64,000 bases of DNA. Source: Klebsormidium nitens. Lineage: Eukaryota; Plantae; Klebsormidiophyceae. Every line of letters starts with the position of its first letter. Positions within the stretch are counted from its first letter, which is position 1. The translations under genes and the position numbers were made by a program. The DNA lies in assembly GCA_000708835.1 (NCBI GenBank), contig DF237319.1, positions 27,340 through 91,339 on the forward strand, in the 5' to 3' direction. Positions 20,551 through 39,743 of this stretch are shown one piece after another. A model generated the notes under the pieces. The model was not told the origin of the DNA. It saw only the letters and a program-made list of their open reading frames with translations, and searched no databases.

Positions 20551-22633
20551 CTTTCGGTTCAGAGAACTTGGAGGGTCCTTTCTGTTGCCAACTAAACTAG
20601 ACGTGGTGATTGAAGCGACTGATCAGCTTGAAAATAACTTTGCAGAGGTACATCTTATGACTGCGAGGAAGGTTTGCAGCGGACGAGTTACTGCAGTTTG
20701 CAAGCGGAGGGCTCCGGCGGCCCTCGAAGCAACTGCTGCCTCTGCTGTATGTTGATCTGATGGTTTCGCTTCTTCAGGTCTGTCTGAGATGAGAATGTTA
20801 ACGCCTGCTCAGAAGCAATCTTTCCTGACTAAAATTCGAGACCAAGTGTTTCGTTCTTCTTGTCGTTGCCAGGGAGGACTAGAAGGGGCGACGAGCTGCC
20901 AGGATACAACAAGCGCCGCCTGCGAAGTATTCTGTCAGGGGAGGCTAAGGCGCTTGGGCAGTCGGAGAGAGGGAGCGAAGTCTGGCTCCAAAGACGTTCC
21001 GCTCTTGCCCTCTGTAACGGGTTTCAACACATGCGAGCGCACATTAAAGGCCCTTGTTTTGATGGACACCAGTGTTTGAGGACCGCGTATTCTGTGTTAG
21101 TCAGTAGCTATCGGTTGTAAATTAACGAACATGTCGGTTGCATGGTCAAGCTGACATGGTGCTAGCTAGTACCTATCTTTCTGCACCGAAACTGAAGGAC
21201 GGTAATGCAGAAATATGCGGCGAGAGGATCAGAACTGGTAGCTGCCTGATGTCACGACTCGCTTTCACTTCTCAATTGGGAATTTATGTTGCAGCGCAGA
21301 ATCAGCTCAAATGACATGAGAGTCAAGGGCTAGGTTGCCAGCTTTCTTTACGGAAGCAATTGGAGCAACGTGCGGCGCATTGTATGGAACGTCGGAGCAG
21401 ATTGAGTCTGAATCCCGGGCGCCCTGGCATGTGTGTGACCATGATTTAGATGCGGCATGGCACGCAATCGGTTGACAATATCAGTCAGTGCGAATAACCC
21501 ATAGCTTCAGAGTAGTTCGTGACTCTCCTTATTAAGTGCCTGTCATGTCATAGGTATCTCAACGTACGCTTTGCTATACCCGGTGCACTTGCGGATGATT
21601 GATTGGATGCATGCCTATACTCCCATGAGTCCAAATTTGAAGGCAGTACGTTGAATCAAGGGCGGCGGCCCATGCAGTTTCAAATTCAGTCGATCGTATG
21701 TCACTGACTCGGCGGGCCAGCTGCTGAATAATTTCTGCTTGTAATGGAATTGCACATGTCCAGTATCTTGTGCCGGAGCTCGATTCTTTAAGCTTTAGGG
21801 CCTTTCGCGCGTCGACTTTTTGTCATTCTTCATGTCTTCATCTCACTCGTCAATCATGGGCGCTTCAACTGACCGCTCTCCTAAGACCTTGATTCCAACT
21901 TGCTAGCATGGCGCGCGGGGGCTCGAAGACCCTCACGGAAATTGCGCCCTGCATGTATTCCCGTATAAGCGGTTTGTGAGAGCCATGAAATAAACGCTCC
22001 ACTAGTTGCGACATTGCATTCAACCCGAGCAATCTCCGCGCATACAATAAATCTACAGAGCATTCCCATCTTAAGCGATTTCTGGGGTCTCATAGCATGA
22101 ATCAATATGAAGGCATGTTCCATCACTGGTGTATATGCAAGGTCCGCTTGTGAAGTGATATTGCTTAGAAAGCTTGAGACCTTCAAAAGATCCGACGTCG
22201 CTGGATTCTATCCTGATTCTATCCGATCCCGGAATCATGAGTGACTTCGTTAGCTTATATAGCCCTGCCAGATCTTGATCGGGTCACTAAGTTGTCACCA
22301 AACTTATTGCCAATTCCTGTGCACTTCTACTACCTTTCTATTTCTGCACTGACAAGCCTGCATTGACCGCGGGACGGGCCCTCGACGGGCCCAGGCTCTT
22401 TCAGTACGTCCGCCAGACTTGCCCCGTACCATGAGAAACCTATGTTCGAATTCCATCAACGGATATATATTGTGGCGTTCTTATACTAGGAAGGTTCTGG
22501 ACACTTCATTTCCCGTTCGCCACACCATCATTTCTTCTTCTCACTCTCAGCCTATTCGCGTCTGCCGGTCTGCAAAGTTGTTCCAGCTTCTGGAACTCGA
22601 GCTGGCTCGTCATCACCTGGATTCACCAAGGGT

Positions 22634-24509
22634 CTAGCCGATCTTGCGCTCGCCGGGCGCCGTTTCATCTCTCCCGCTTCCTTCGCTCGGGTATCCCCGC
22701 ACGCACATCCACGGCGCCGGGGGCAGCTTTTGCGGCCTTCGGAACCCCCTGCCGCAGCTCCAAGGGTTCCTCACCCCTCTGGAAAACCGCTGGCTCCGGA
22801 ACGCCATCGAAAACCGTCGTGGTGGTAAACGCTTCCGCAACGTCACCGCCGCCTCTAGTTCCTCACTCCCTCTCGCTTTCCTCTTCTTGTTTGCACCTTC
22901 CAGCCAGTCCGCACCCGGGCCCCTCTTTCGTTCGTTCCTTGCGGGGGAGACCGTGGCGAGAATCGCCTTTCGCAGTGAAGAACTCGTCCTCTGCTGGGGC
23001 CCTGAAATAGTGCGTTGCAGAATCGCCTTTTGCAGCGAAGAAATCGTCCTCTGCTGCTCTGAAATCGCGCGTTTCAGAATCGCCATTCGCAGTGGAAAAA
23101 TCGTCCTCTGCTGCTCTGCTATCGTGCGTTGCAGTGTCGCGATCGCGACGTGGGCCTTGTTGGCCGACGTGTGGGCTTCCGCGATCTCGCCTTCCAGCCT
23201 GTTCCTCAGCGACTCGTAGAGGCCCCGGGCCTCCCGCTCGGGTTTCTCGACTGCCGCCTTCCGCGCCGACTCGTGAGCCTTTGACAATCTGCAAGATTTG
23301 GACTACACGCTCAAGTTTTTGGTCTCCGCTTGCACAGGTTTGATTGCAGCTCTTCGGGACACGTCAGACTGATTCCAATGACGGTCGATGGTTGTTGGGA
23401 GACCGTGGCTGTGTTGTAAGCTAACGGGTTTTTGACTTCCTTGTAAGAGCGCACGCACAAGTATGTTGCCGGCTTATATTGAATTTAGGTACTCGACTGT
23501 GGTCTACAGGGTATACCGTTGTTGGATCACAAGAGCCCAATGAACAGCAAGAATGCGTTCCACTGACGCGGCCGGGCCGAAAGTGGAAGGAAAAAGTCGG
23601 CAGCCCAATGAGAATCTGTTAGCTGGGCAGAATCAGGCGCTTTGGAGCTGACGTAAGTCTCAAGACGTGACGAGTTCACAAAATCAACCTTCGCCGCTTA
23701 TAGATCTAGTGTGCTCGGAATCATTGAGAACGTTCAAAGTCGCCAGCACAGCTGCGCCGCTGGCTCCAAGAATCAACGACCCTCACGAATCAAAACCCTT
23801 GCAAGCCAGCACTGACAATCATCGTAATTTGTTCGGCGACTCACTCCGTCTGTTGGTCAATTTCCCGTTGCAGCGCCTCCTTCGCCTCATTTGATTCCGC
23901 TCGCAGCTTCTCCAATTCCGCCCTGAGACCAGCGGACACTTCTTCCGCCTCATCCTTCTGGCGCTCGAGTTTGATCTTCCCGGCCTCTGCTAATTCTCTG
24001 TTGTCCACCTCGAGTTCCGCGATCCTCGCAGCAAGCTCCATTCTCTCCGCCTCAGACCGTTCCTTTTCCGCCTCTCTTTCCGCTTCCGCTTCCGCCCTTG
24101 CCGTTCTTAGCTCCGTGCTTTCCGCCGTTAGGTTCTCTTTCTCCGCCTCTAGCGTCCTGTTTCTCGCCTCCAATCTAGCCACATCCTCAACTTCAATGCC
24201 CAGCGTTAGTGACGTCAGCAGCCCGTCAGCGGGCGCGAGCGCATCGTCGGTGACGATCGCCTGCGGCGGGAGGCGGGGCGACGCCGGTCTGACGGCAGGA
24301 GCGGCGATTCTGTCGTCAGCAGATGGCGATTTCACCATGTGTGCTTGATTCTTCTTACCTTCTGTTTGCTGGATAATCAGGGACACGCATTGGTACCACC
24401 GGTCGACGAAGTAATACTCGTCAATGCTCCTCTTAGTCCACCTAAGAGCGTCAGGATTGAGGCACCCAAGAGGCACCAGCTCTGCGGATAAGAAAGACGA
24501 TATTGACAA
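22634..24509 (-). CDS. Hypothetical coiled-coil protein, 3' exons of a larger minus-strand gene (upstream exons probably extend to ~26.8 kb, unresolved)
   Basis: An E/A/R-rich heptad ORF ending at donor GA|gtgagt (23845) splices in phase 2 to acceptor ttgcag|A (23288) and continues in frame to the stop at 22634. Further exon-like segments with donors lie near 24.79 kb and 25.5 kb. Confidence 0.5.
22959..23132 (-). repeat. Three in-frame 57-60 bp coding repeats
   Basis: Units start at 22959, 23019 and 23076; they encode LQRTIAEQQRTIFPLRMAI / LKRAISEQQRTISSLQKAI / LQRTISGPQQRTSSSLRKAI. Confidence 0.85.
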
Positions 24510-27215
24510 ATATTATCGTCAATGGTCGGAAATTCGCAGGTCGAAGGGGCGCCCCTTGTTCGACCTACTCTGAGTACTGGGCGTAGGCCACTTTACTGGC
24601 GGCACTATCTCCAAAACCGTCTCTTACTGCGGATGAGAACAGCAAAGCTTGTGCAGGACCCCTAGGTACTACTATGTCACGCTGTCAGCTTCAAAAACGT
24701 CACTACCGGTCAAAAACGTTACTACGGCACTCCAACCTAGACCGTGCGCTCAAGGAGATTCTTAACCCAGACGGTAGAACGAAGTCACTTACCCGTCTCG
24801 CAAACGTTGTAGAACGGAGACTCCGCTGAGGGCCTATGGAATACTGGGCTCCGGGCGGAACTACGTATACAACCTCCGTCAACTTGATTCGGGCTTTCGT
24901 ATTCACAATGATTTCGTCCTCGTCAGAAGGACGCCCGTCCGATTTCTCCGATTCGCACCCCTTCGAGTCGTCCGATCCAATGTAACCTTCAAACTTTCTG
25001 TCGCCCCAGTAAGCGGTGACTGGCGGCCTCCCAGCCTCTGTCTTGGCCTCTGTCTTTCCCTGACCTCTGACTTTGCGAGCCTCCCCAGATAGATCTTGAG
25101 TTCAGTGGAATGGCGTGACTGCAAAGAGAGGGGCTGGCTTTAAGAAAAGAACTTGAAACAAGGACTCAAGACGAGAGGACACCGAAGAGCTCGCAAGTGG
25201 CCGAAGAGCTCGCAAGTGGCCGTACGCTGAAGTTTTCGACTAGTGTATAAGCAGACGGAGGACAGTGGGACTATATCGCTGCACGGGCGTGTCTTTAACG
25301 TCAGAGGGACAAACTTTCTCACCACGATATGCGCTTGCATCCTGACAGACCGGAATGATCGCTCCTCGTTGAGCCAGACCCTAGTTGATTCCTTTGACCT
25401 AAGATGTGACCGTCTATCAGATCCTCAAACACTAAGAAGAGGTCAACGCCATGATCAGCGGCATTCAGCACCTGTACATATCTTTCCTTTGTACTCACCT
25501 TGGCCAAAGCTTGCCCCAAGACATGAACCGCGGTCTTGTCCCGTCCTTCCAGCTTGTTAAACAAAAGGTTCTTCTCACTGTCTCTGCGTCGAAGAGGCAT
25601 CACTAGCTTCGACGGGCCATGTGGGTCCCGAACCCACGCCGTAACTGACTCTACGACGTCCTCAACAACCCCCTTTCTCGTCAGGCAAGAGTCTGCGCCG
25701 TCTCGTTCTCTCGTCAGAGCGCTTAGGAGGCGCGCCCTGTAGTCAGTCCTTTGGGATCCCCCTGCCATTTGCAGAACTCTTTGCTGCACGAAAAGAGTTC
25801 AGATTCTCGGTTTACAGTGCAAAGTGGGGAAGAAAAACATATGACACACTAGTGTATGCTTCAGCAAGCGGGCGCCTTCAGCCGACCTTCGTATAAGAAC
25901 CACTTCGTCTTCCCGAAGTTTTGTTCCTCGAGCTTTAAATCCAATTCTCTGGGCCTTTGCTGCACTTCTGTGCAAGTAATGGAGTGAACTTTCACGAATC
26001 GGCAGCAGCTGCCAGTACTGCTCGAGCTCTTTCCGTGAACGCGACTTAGACGTGACTAGGATGTGAAAAACTCCACCTGAGGTCTCAGGCAATCATGACA
26101 CGCACTCAGCGTTGGATGTGACTACAATGATTGGTGCCGCTCGAGATACACGAGGCCGACCTTTTCGAGCAACGCATTCCGATTCCTCCACAAATTTGGA
26201 AATTGGGTCTTCTTCTGAAAGTCTGACCCGTACGGCTGTCGGAGCTAGGGGCCGAGGACGCTTCACCTTCCGTTAGAAGGAGAACGTTGACTTGTAACCT
26301 GTGGGCGCTGGTCAGTGTGGCGGGGTAGCATATGAAGCAGAATAAAAGTGACTCGTAGTTCAGACGCAAAGACGATCGAGGATAACGGCACGTGACGTGA
26401 CTAGAACTTTTGTATGAACAGTTGATAAGTTTAGAACGGCTGGTTTTGCCCAGTCGGACGACATCGATTATGCAGCCTTGCAGCGGCAGGCAGTGCAGGC
26501 ATGGCTTGTCAAATTTGACCGGCAGGCTCAAGCCCTACATTGAACGACTGGAACTTACATGCAATTTGCCAATCAACTCAATACGGACGATTGTGACGGT
26601 ACAGATCGTGTACCAGTTCCGCATTGGGTACTTCATGGCATGCCGATTCCTGGCAGGCCCCCGCGCGCGGAACATGGGGGTACGGTGGCCGGCTGACATA
26701 TACCGTATCGAAGTAAGCTCGATATGCCCTCTCAGGTTCTCCCATCTGCTTCTCTAATTCTCCAAATGGAGTATTTGTCAATGCGCGCGTGACACGCACG
26801 CCTCGCGCACGGCGGGATCGCTTTGTGGACATGCAAAATGGACGACTCTCAGTGGGATTTAAATCGGGATGCGTAGGAAGGTATTGCTTTCGCTCTGAGG
26901 CCGCGTATGTTTATCCATCATCGACCTCGACTTTGCAGTGTTCCGATGACGACGGAACACAGAGGGTGACTGGACAAAAGCTCTATACTTCAGGTCTCCC
27001 TATCGCGAGTTTTAACCAACTAGTGACGGTCGACCGAGTCTTTTTCTTATTTTCGTTTAGCAGATGTTTGGGGCCCTTTTGCACTTGGATTGTCAATTGG
27101 ATCAAACCTGGGCCCAGTTGCAGAGCTTGTCGACCCTGCAAAACGCTGCTCCACATAAAAGTGTAGAAGCACGCATTCAAAACTTCCGAGCGTGACCCGT
27201 ACCTTTATCAGTCAG

Positions 27216-29302
27216 TCATCGATATCGTATATTGTGGCGTGCAAAATCTTTCAACAGTACACTGATTTGGATGTGAACGGTTCCACCTGCTCGTGTCCGT
27301 AACCGAAAGCGGTCTCCACTATTGTAGACCGTTTCTTCTACTTTCAAACGAGGTCCACCGCCAATGAAAAACGCTGCACAAGAGTCGATGGTTCTGTCAG
27401 CATCTTTGAAAATCGTCCACCGGAATAGTCGGCTTATAACCTCAACCTTCTGACAAAGGAAAATTCTCACACTTGATAGTATTTCAGCAACCGTCCATCC
27501 ATGAACGATCATTTCTGACCGCCACAATTGCTCGTTTCCTGGGATTCGGTCATAAGCGTAGACTTTGTCAATCTTGCAGGTTTTGGAACGGCTAAGGGCG
27601 GCTTCGAAGCTGGATCCGCAATTTCGGGTTGTAGATCACTACAAGCGTGTTCGAGATCTGCCAACCCTCTTTTAAAAATGACCAGTTAATACCGCAGGCT
27701 TTCTGCAAGAAACCGGAATAACATAACACTCAACCTTGTCATGAAAGGGGGACGGACTCTTCCACCGAAGACTAACTCTCATATGGAGCCTTTTTTCCCC
27801 TTAGAAATGTATCGTTCCCTAGTGGCCACACAATACGAGAGTTCCTGTCCTGCATGGACGAACCTGTCGAAGCATGGACGTACTTCTTTTTGTCTTATGC
27901 CACTTTCAAGGCTTCGTCTTGACGAATTCGTTTCCTAGGAACGAATCAGTAAAACAGAACCGATTTTGCACCTAGAGCCACCGATCCCGTACCTGATATT
28001 CGCTCCAGCACTGAGCCCTCAGGTAACCACGTGACACAGTCGAGGTCGAAACAGCCAGCTTCCGTTGGTACATGACAAAAGCCATAGCCGCCTGGAGAAA
28101 ATGGAGAATCAGATCTACTGTTGGAGGACGAAGGACCTCGTTCAGCACAGAAAGAGAGGTCTGTGCATTCTGCGCAGTCTGAACAAGCAGCTACACCATT
28201 GGGTAAGCGTCCTCCGACCTTCATCGTTCTTTCTTTTAAGCGAAGCTAAATCCACTGGATAAGGACAATCCAAGAGTTTCAGGACTCCAAAGCTGGCTCC
28301 CCTATTTCCATCTGGAGCTGATTGCGTCCAAAATGAAGAGAGTCCGAACCTTGCGCTTGATGAAGAGGACTCGAGTCCGTGTCCACATGTCGTTCAACAC
28401 GGCAAGAACATGGGATGTGGGCTTCCTTTTCGCTGACTGAGAAAGCTCAGGAAAAAACAGTTTCTTTGAAATTGAAGAGCGTCTGACTCACAAATGTCAT
28501 TCCGCCCATGTATGTCCTGGTGCCAGACTTGGAAGTACAGCTTGGGCCAGCCGCTCAGGCCGCGGCAAGCGTAGTGGACATCAATGGGGTGGGACCAGAC
28601 CGCATCTTCGCCCTCCTAAAGGAACACAGAAGCACATCAAAAGATTAAGCGACTCGAAGATCAGAATCTGTCGGATGCCAGCTGTGACCAAGCTCTGAAT
28701 GTGGTTTTCAATGCTGCCTACTGTCGTAAGGCTCATAGCCTAGTGGCTTGTCTTGACAGCAGGCTTTCATGCTGGCTATACTGGGCGAGAAAGGCTTCAT
28801 ACTTTTTGAGTAAAGCACACTGTTCTTGGACTGTCCTTCACATACTCCTTCACTGGAGGGGATGAGGTTCCAGGGGGAAACAAAGTCCAGTTGAGGGCCA
28901 GAATGAGAGAGCTTTGAAGAAAAAGTATGACAGCTGCCCTTGGCACAGACTTGACCTTGTGGCTCATGCTTGCCCAGCTCACGTTCCATGTTTACGATCT
29001 TCCTCATCCTTTTCAAGCTTCTTCCTCAAAGCTCTATTTTGAGGGGCTTGCAATGATCACATGAGCTCAACAAAGTGTCCTCATAGAAAGTGGCAAGTCC
29101 CCAGCTCTGGCTGCCATGAAGTGGTAACAAGATACTCCAGATATTGCCTCACCGGAGGGTGGTCCACTTGTGTCTGCCCTTGATCCGTCCCTTCAAGGAG
29201 GTCCCAATTCGAGCCAGCCACAATGCCCCACTTGCAAAACACGTTTCGATCTTTGAACCCTTCTGCTCCCAGAATCTGCCCAATGATGTGAACTTCTGCC
29301 AT
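27216..29302 (-). CDS. B9D2: B9 domain-containing protein 2 (ciliary transition zone, MKS module)
   Basis: Exons 29302-29153, 28615-28492, 28091-27993, 27373-27216 (GT-AG, phases 0,1,1) give [10 protein letters not shown]...GQTQVDHP...WSHPIDVHY...[13 protein letters not shown]...GYGFCHVP...FFIGGGPRL...[17 protein letters not shown]. Confidence 0.96.
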
Positions 29303-30121
29303 TCCTCTCTTGTGAAGTCGAAATCAGCTCATGATGCCGATTGAGCTAAGGGCTGAAGTTTTTTCCCTGGGATTGTTTTGGCCTCCCGACCTCAACAACG
29401 GGAATCCTGCTCGCCAGCTGACTCAAGCCTTCTCAGCTGCGTGCAGAGAAAGTTGAGTGGCAGCTGACCAGACAACCTGGCAGAACAAGGAGGATGAGCG
29501 CCCTATTACCTATTATGCCTCATGCGAGTCAGCAATCAGAGCCAACCCTAATTCTGACTTGGACTCGGAGTCGGAGCCAGTCGAAGCTGGCAGCCTGAGC
29601 AAGACTGCGCCGCCAAATTTGAAAGCAATATGCGATATATTCATACGTAAATTGCCTCGCACCAACAAAGGAATAATGTCCTATCATGAACATTCCAACT
29701 CCATTTAGAGATCGAGTGGTGGGTGTTTCAGTCTTGAAGCGACTGTGATCGCCTGTGATCGCCTCTGGTGATATTGGCCCTGTAATCTCCATTCTAGCTC
29801 CGTATGATCCGAAACAGAGCCAAAATTTCGCAGAGGTCATGAAAAGTCTGGAAATGCACACATTGACAACGACTCGGATGCACCTTGGCCAAAGCTGAGC
29901 TGCCACTTTGACCGAGGAGGCTTTGAAAGGGCAGTTCCCTGCTGTCAACAGCTGCCATCCTCTGCCAGTGCAGGCGCCAGGACGCCCTGGGTTGGCGTGC
30001 CTTTTGTGATCAGCTGGCTGCTCAAGCAAATGCTTTCTGCTGAAATTAGAAGATACTGATTGCGAGAAGCTGCCGCTGCGCCTGCAAGCGGAGGCTCGGA
30101 AGGGATAGGGTGCTCGCAAAG

Positions 30122-36158
<6,037 letters not shown>

Positions 36159-38157
36159 CACGGGGGTTCCTACCAATTGTACAGCGGCGCATACCAACCA
36201 GGATACCACTCGGCTCCAACAAACTGCAATCTTCCAGGCCCTTGGCGGGTTCACATGTTGTGAAATTCTCAACTATCCCATGGTCATGTTCCTCGAGCAA
36301 TATACTGTGGCATGGCCATAAATGGACCGATTCTATATGTGCGGCGGCGTTGGCACCGCGCGGGTTTGAGGACTTGGTCTGCGGATATTGCGATTCAATT
36401 ACCTACATGTACGTGGTGGATTATTTCCAGAGGCATGCTTTCACACGGTCATGCAGCGCATCAGATCATCATACTTTCGTAATTGTGGATGCTCGTTGTT
36501 TTGCAGTCGTCTCAGGGCATGTGCCCCCGTCGTTTAGGTAACATGCTCTTCCGCCATTGAGTTAGCATTCCGCTCAAAACACCATGGAAAATCTTGTCGA
36601 TATCATGTAGGTACATAAAATATGCAAACCCCAAATCACCAAGAATGCGGGTAATTGCACTTGGCAACGACGTATCATGCCGCATAGCTTATCCACATTT
36701 GTATGCTTAGTGCCGGCCCGGCCGCAGGAGCAAGTATGCAATCAAGCGGGGAGACACTACTCATTACAGCCCCTGCACACTTTGCTAAACAGGTGCCATG
36801 CCCACTAATTGAAATTGATAGTATGCTGAAGCAATCAATAGAACATGTGATGACAGTCAGAATAAAAACACCTCTGGTTCAGACATGCTCCACTTCTCCC
36901 TTGTATGCTGGCCTTGTAAGCCTATGGGATCTACTCTGTGACCAGACCCATTGACCAGACACCTTTGAGAAAAAAACAGCACAATATAACTAGGAAGACC
37001 AGTGATCTGCGAAGATTAGATTACTGATCCCAATAGCACAAGATTTGATCTAACCAAGTGCGGAAAACACGGCATCAACAGACATACAGAACAGTCTAAG
37101 TGTCTCATGCAGAATTGCCGCAGATCTCAAGCTCGATAGAGAGACTGGAACTTTCAATGACCAGTGGGGCTTTGCCTTCAATTAACCAAGCCAAGTCATT
37201 GAGGCGCATTTCAACACCCACTGCAAGAGTGCTGCCACAAGCGCAATGGTGCAGACCTGGTCACGCCAAACCTTCAACTTTCTTTTTACAAAACCAGAAT
37301 ACTGGAGATAACTTTGCAGTAGTGCATTGGCCTGCCCTGCCCCGCCAGACTTTACAATAGATCTCCTGCTTCGAGACAAATGAACCGCAAGGGTACAAAA
37401 CTGCCAACAACAACAGACTGCTAAGGGTGCTGGAAAGTATTCAACTTGTTACCAGTTCAGGACAACCTATCTCCTCCCATATGTTTGAAGGCAACCCTAA
37501 TCACTCCTGCCCAGCTTTTTTGTCAAACTGTCCAATGTTGGGCCAAGTTTCAAATTGCTCATAGTGACAGCAAAAACCCTTGCAGAGATGCATCCATAAT
37601 GATCTCCTAGGAAAAGCCATAATATGAAGACTGGGAAATACTTAGCGGATGAAGGCGCCAAAATGGAATCCGGAACAGCAAACCAGCAGTTTGACATATC
37701 CTTGAAAAAGTAAAAACTGCAAATCCTGGTGTCAGGAGTCTCAATCAAGCGGACTATCCGAAAAGTGCACATGTCTCACACCAGAAAGGAGATCCAGACC
37801 CTATTCATGAGCACATACATCAAAGCCATGAAAGGAGCCACAAATTCTCAGAAAGCGGCATCCAACACAATGCAGGGCATAGTTACTTGTAAAAAAGCAA
37901 GCGGCACGCTTGGCTTGGAAAACTTCCCAATCTGGTCAACACAAGGACAGTGCATATATGACAGTGTACAGTGTACAATTAAATGTCCTACAAAGCTCTA
38001 CTCAACCCTATACTTGGCTGCAACGTCGTTGTTAGCATTCAGCACCAGCCTGGGCAACAAGACTGACCTCTCTCTCGCGCCGCCAAACCCGACCTGTGGG
38101 CGGGCTGATGCATTTGCATTATGCTGTAATTGCTTTCCCGCCCCTACGCTAACCCCT

Positions 38158-38997
38158 CTACTTGTTCTTGGCCAGTGCCTGCTCCAGTTGTCTTAGCGCC
38201 GGCTTCAGGATGTTGAATGCAACCCAGCCTAGGGCGGGAGCCAGAACCAAGAGGAGGATGAGTGGTCGGGAATCAGTCCCCTCCGCCAGCTGAGCAAACT
38301 CCTGAGCGGCATCCGCTGATGACGGCCCTGCGAGAGCGGACGCCACCGCCCCCAACCCGATCGCCCCGATCACGCCCTTCTTGTTTGTCATTTTCTTGAA
38401 CTGGTTAAGAGCCGGCTGCAGGATGTTGAACAGCACCCAGCCAACCGCAGGCCCCAAGACAACCAAGAGGATCAGGGGCCGGTAGTCGGCACCCTCGGCC
38501 AGCTGTGCGAATTCCTGAGCGGCATCAGCAGAAGGGGCAGCGAACAGAGACGCAGCGGCGCCAAGCCCCAAGCCCCCGACAACAGCCTTTGCGCCCCGCA
38601 TTTTGTTGAACTGGTTGAGACCGGGCTGCAGGATGTTGAAGAGAACCCAGCCAATGGCAGCTGCTAGGGGGAAGAGCAGGAGGGCGGGACGAGCATCGGT
38701 TGCGATTGTCATGACTTCTTGGGCGGCGTGGGCGGAGGGAGAGGTGGCCAGCATAGAGAAGAGGCTGGCCGCAAGAGCAGTGCCTGCGGAGGCATGGAGA
38801 GACTCGCTGCTCACTGCGGGGGTGACAGCCCGGCACTCCTTAGTTTCTAGGGAGGCACGGACCCCAAACTTTGACACATTTCTCCTGGGGAGGACCACAG
38901 GCCTGACGGCGGCCTTTGAGGAGGCGCCGATGGCCGCTCCGCTCGACAGAGCGAGCTGCGAGAAGCAGACCTTTGACGCGGCGATGGTGGCAGCCAT
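38158..38997 (-). CDS. psbY: Photosystem II PsbY polyprotein precursor with three PsbY units, intronless
   Basis: Transit peptide (MAATIAASKVCFSQ...), then three D-x-RP...GWV(L/A)FNIL(Q/K)P(G/A)L(N/R)Q units, each preceded by a hydrophobic signal ending in an A-x-A site (SAHA, SADA, SADA). Confidence 0.95.
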   Translation of the reverse strand: MAATIAASKVCFSQLALSSGAAIGASSKAAVRPVVLPRRNVSKFGVRASLETKECRAVTPAVSSESLHASAGTALAASLFSMLATSPSAHAAQEVMTIATDARPALLLFPLAAAIGWVLFNILQPGLNQFNKMRGAKAVVGGLGLGAAASLFAAPSADAAQEFAQLAEGADYRPLILLVVLGPAVGWVLFNILQPALNQFKKMTNKKGVIGAIGLGAVASALAGPSSADAAQEFAQLAEGTDSRPLILLLVLAPALGWVAFNILKPALRQLEQALAKNK

Positions 38998-39743
38998 TGT
39001 GCTCTTCCAGACACACCTGACGACAGCAGAGGGCCGAAGGTGAGAGGAGGCACTTGGCGTGCGACAGGAATGCAATGGAGGGGCGCAGAGGGCAGATTCA
39101 GCACAATGCAGGGAACCACATTCGCTGGGAAGGTGGTCAGAGCACCAAATCCGTCTTCTCCAAAGACTTATACAGCTATCTCTGCTCGGACGATTCGATT
39201 TCGATACCGATCATGGCACTGAAATTTATCGGAATCGAAGGCTTGGGGTAAGTGATTACGCCTGCAAAAACCAGACAAAAAGCACATGCGATCCGAGGGC
39301 TCTCGGAACGTGTGGCTCTGAACGGACGGCGCAGAGGCGGATAGGAAATCCTGCCACACATCCGATTTGCATTCGTGTCTGCCAGAAACGAAAGTTCGGA
39401 AAGTTCCAGAGGGCCGGCAGTGGGCACCCTTGGTCGAACCCCCAACGACCTTCAAACTACTTTGGACGTCGACGTGCCTGCTAATGAATGCAAGCTGTAA
39501 CAAAAACTTCAAAGTTTCTGCACGAGTCTAGTTTGGCGTTTATCTAGTACCGTATTTTTTTCCTATACCCACGGTGGCGCTCTCGTACAATCGAACAGGA
39601 AGCTGCCTGGAGAAAGGAGGAGTCGTCCACCTTGCAGTGCGGTTTTGAATCGATGATCCCTCATTGCACTTGGTTGAGCTGGATTCAGGGTTTGTGGTTG
39701 ATGTTGGCTTGCTGGCGGTGGTGTAGGCTTCACCACTGTAGTT

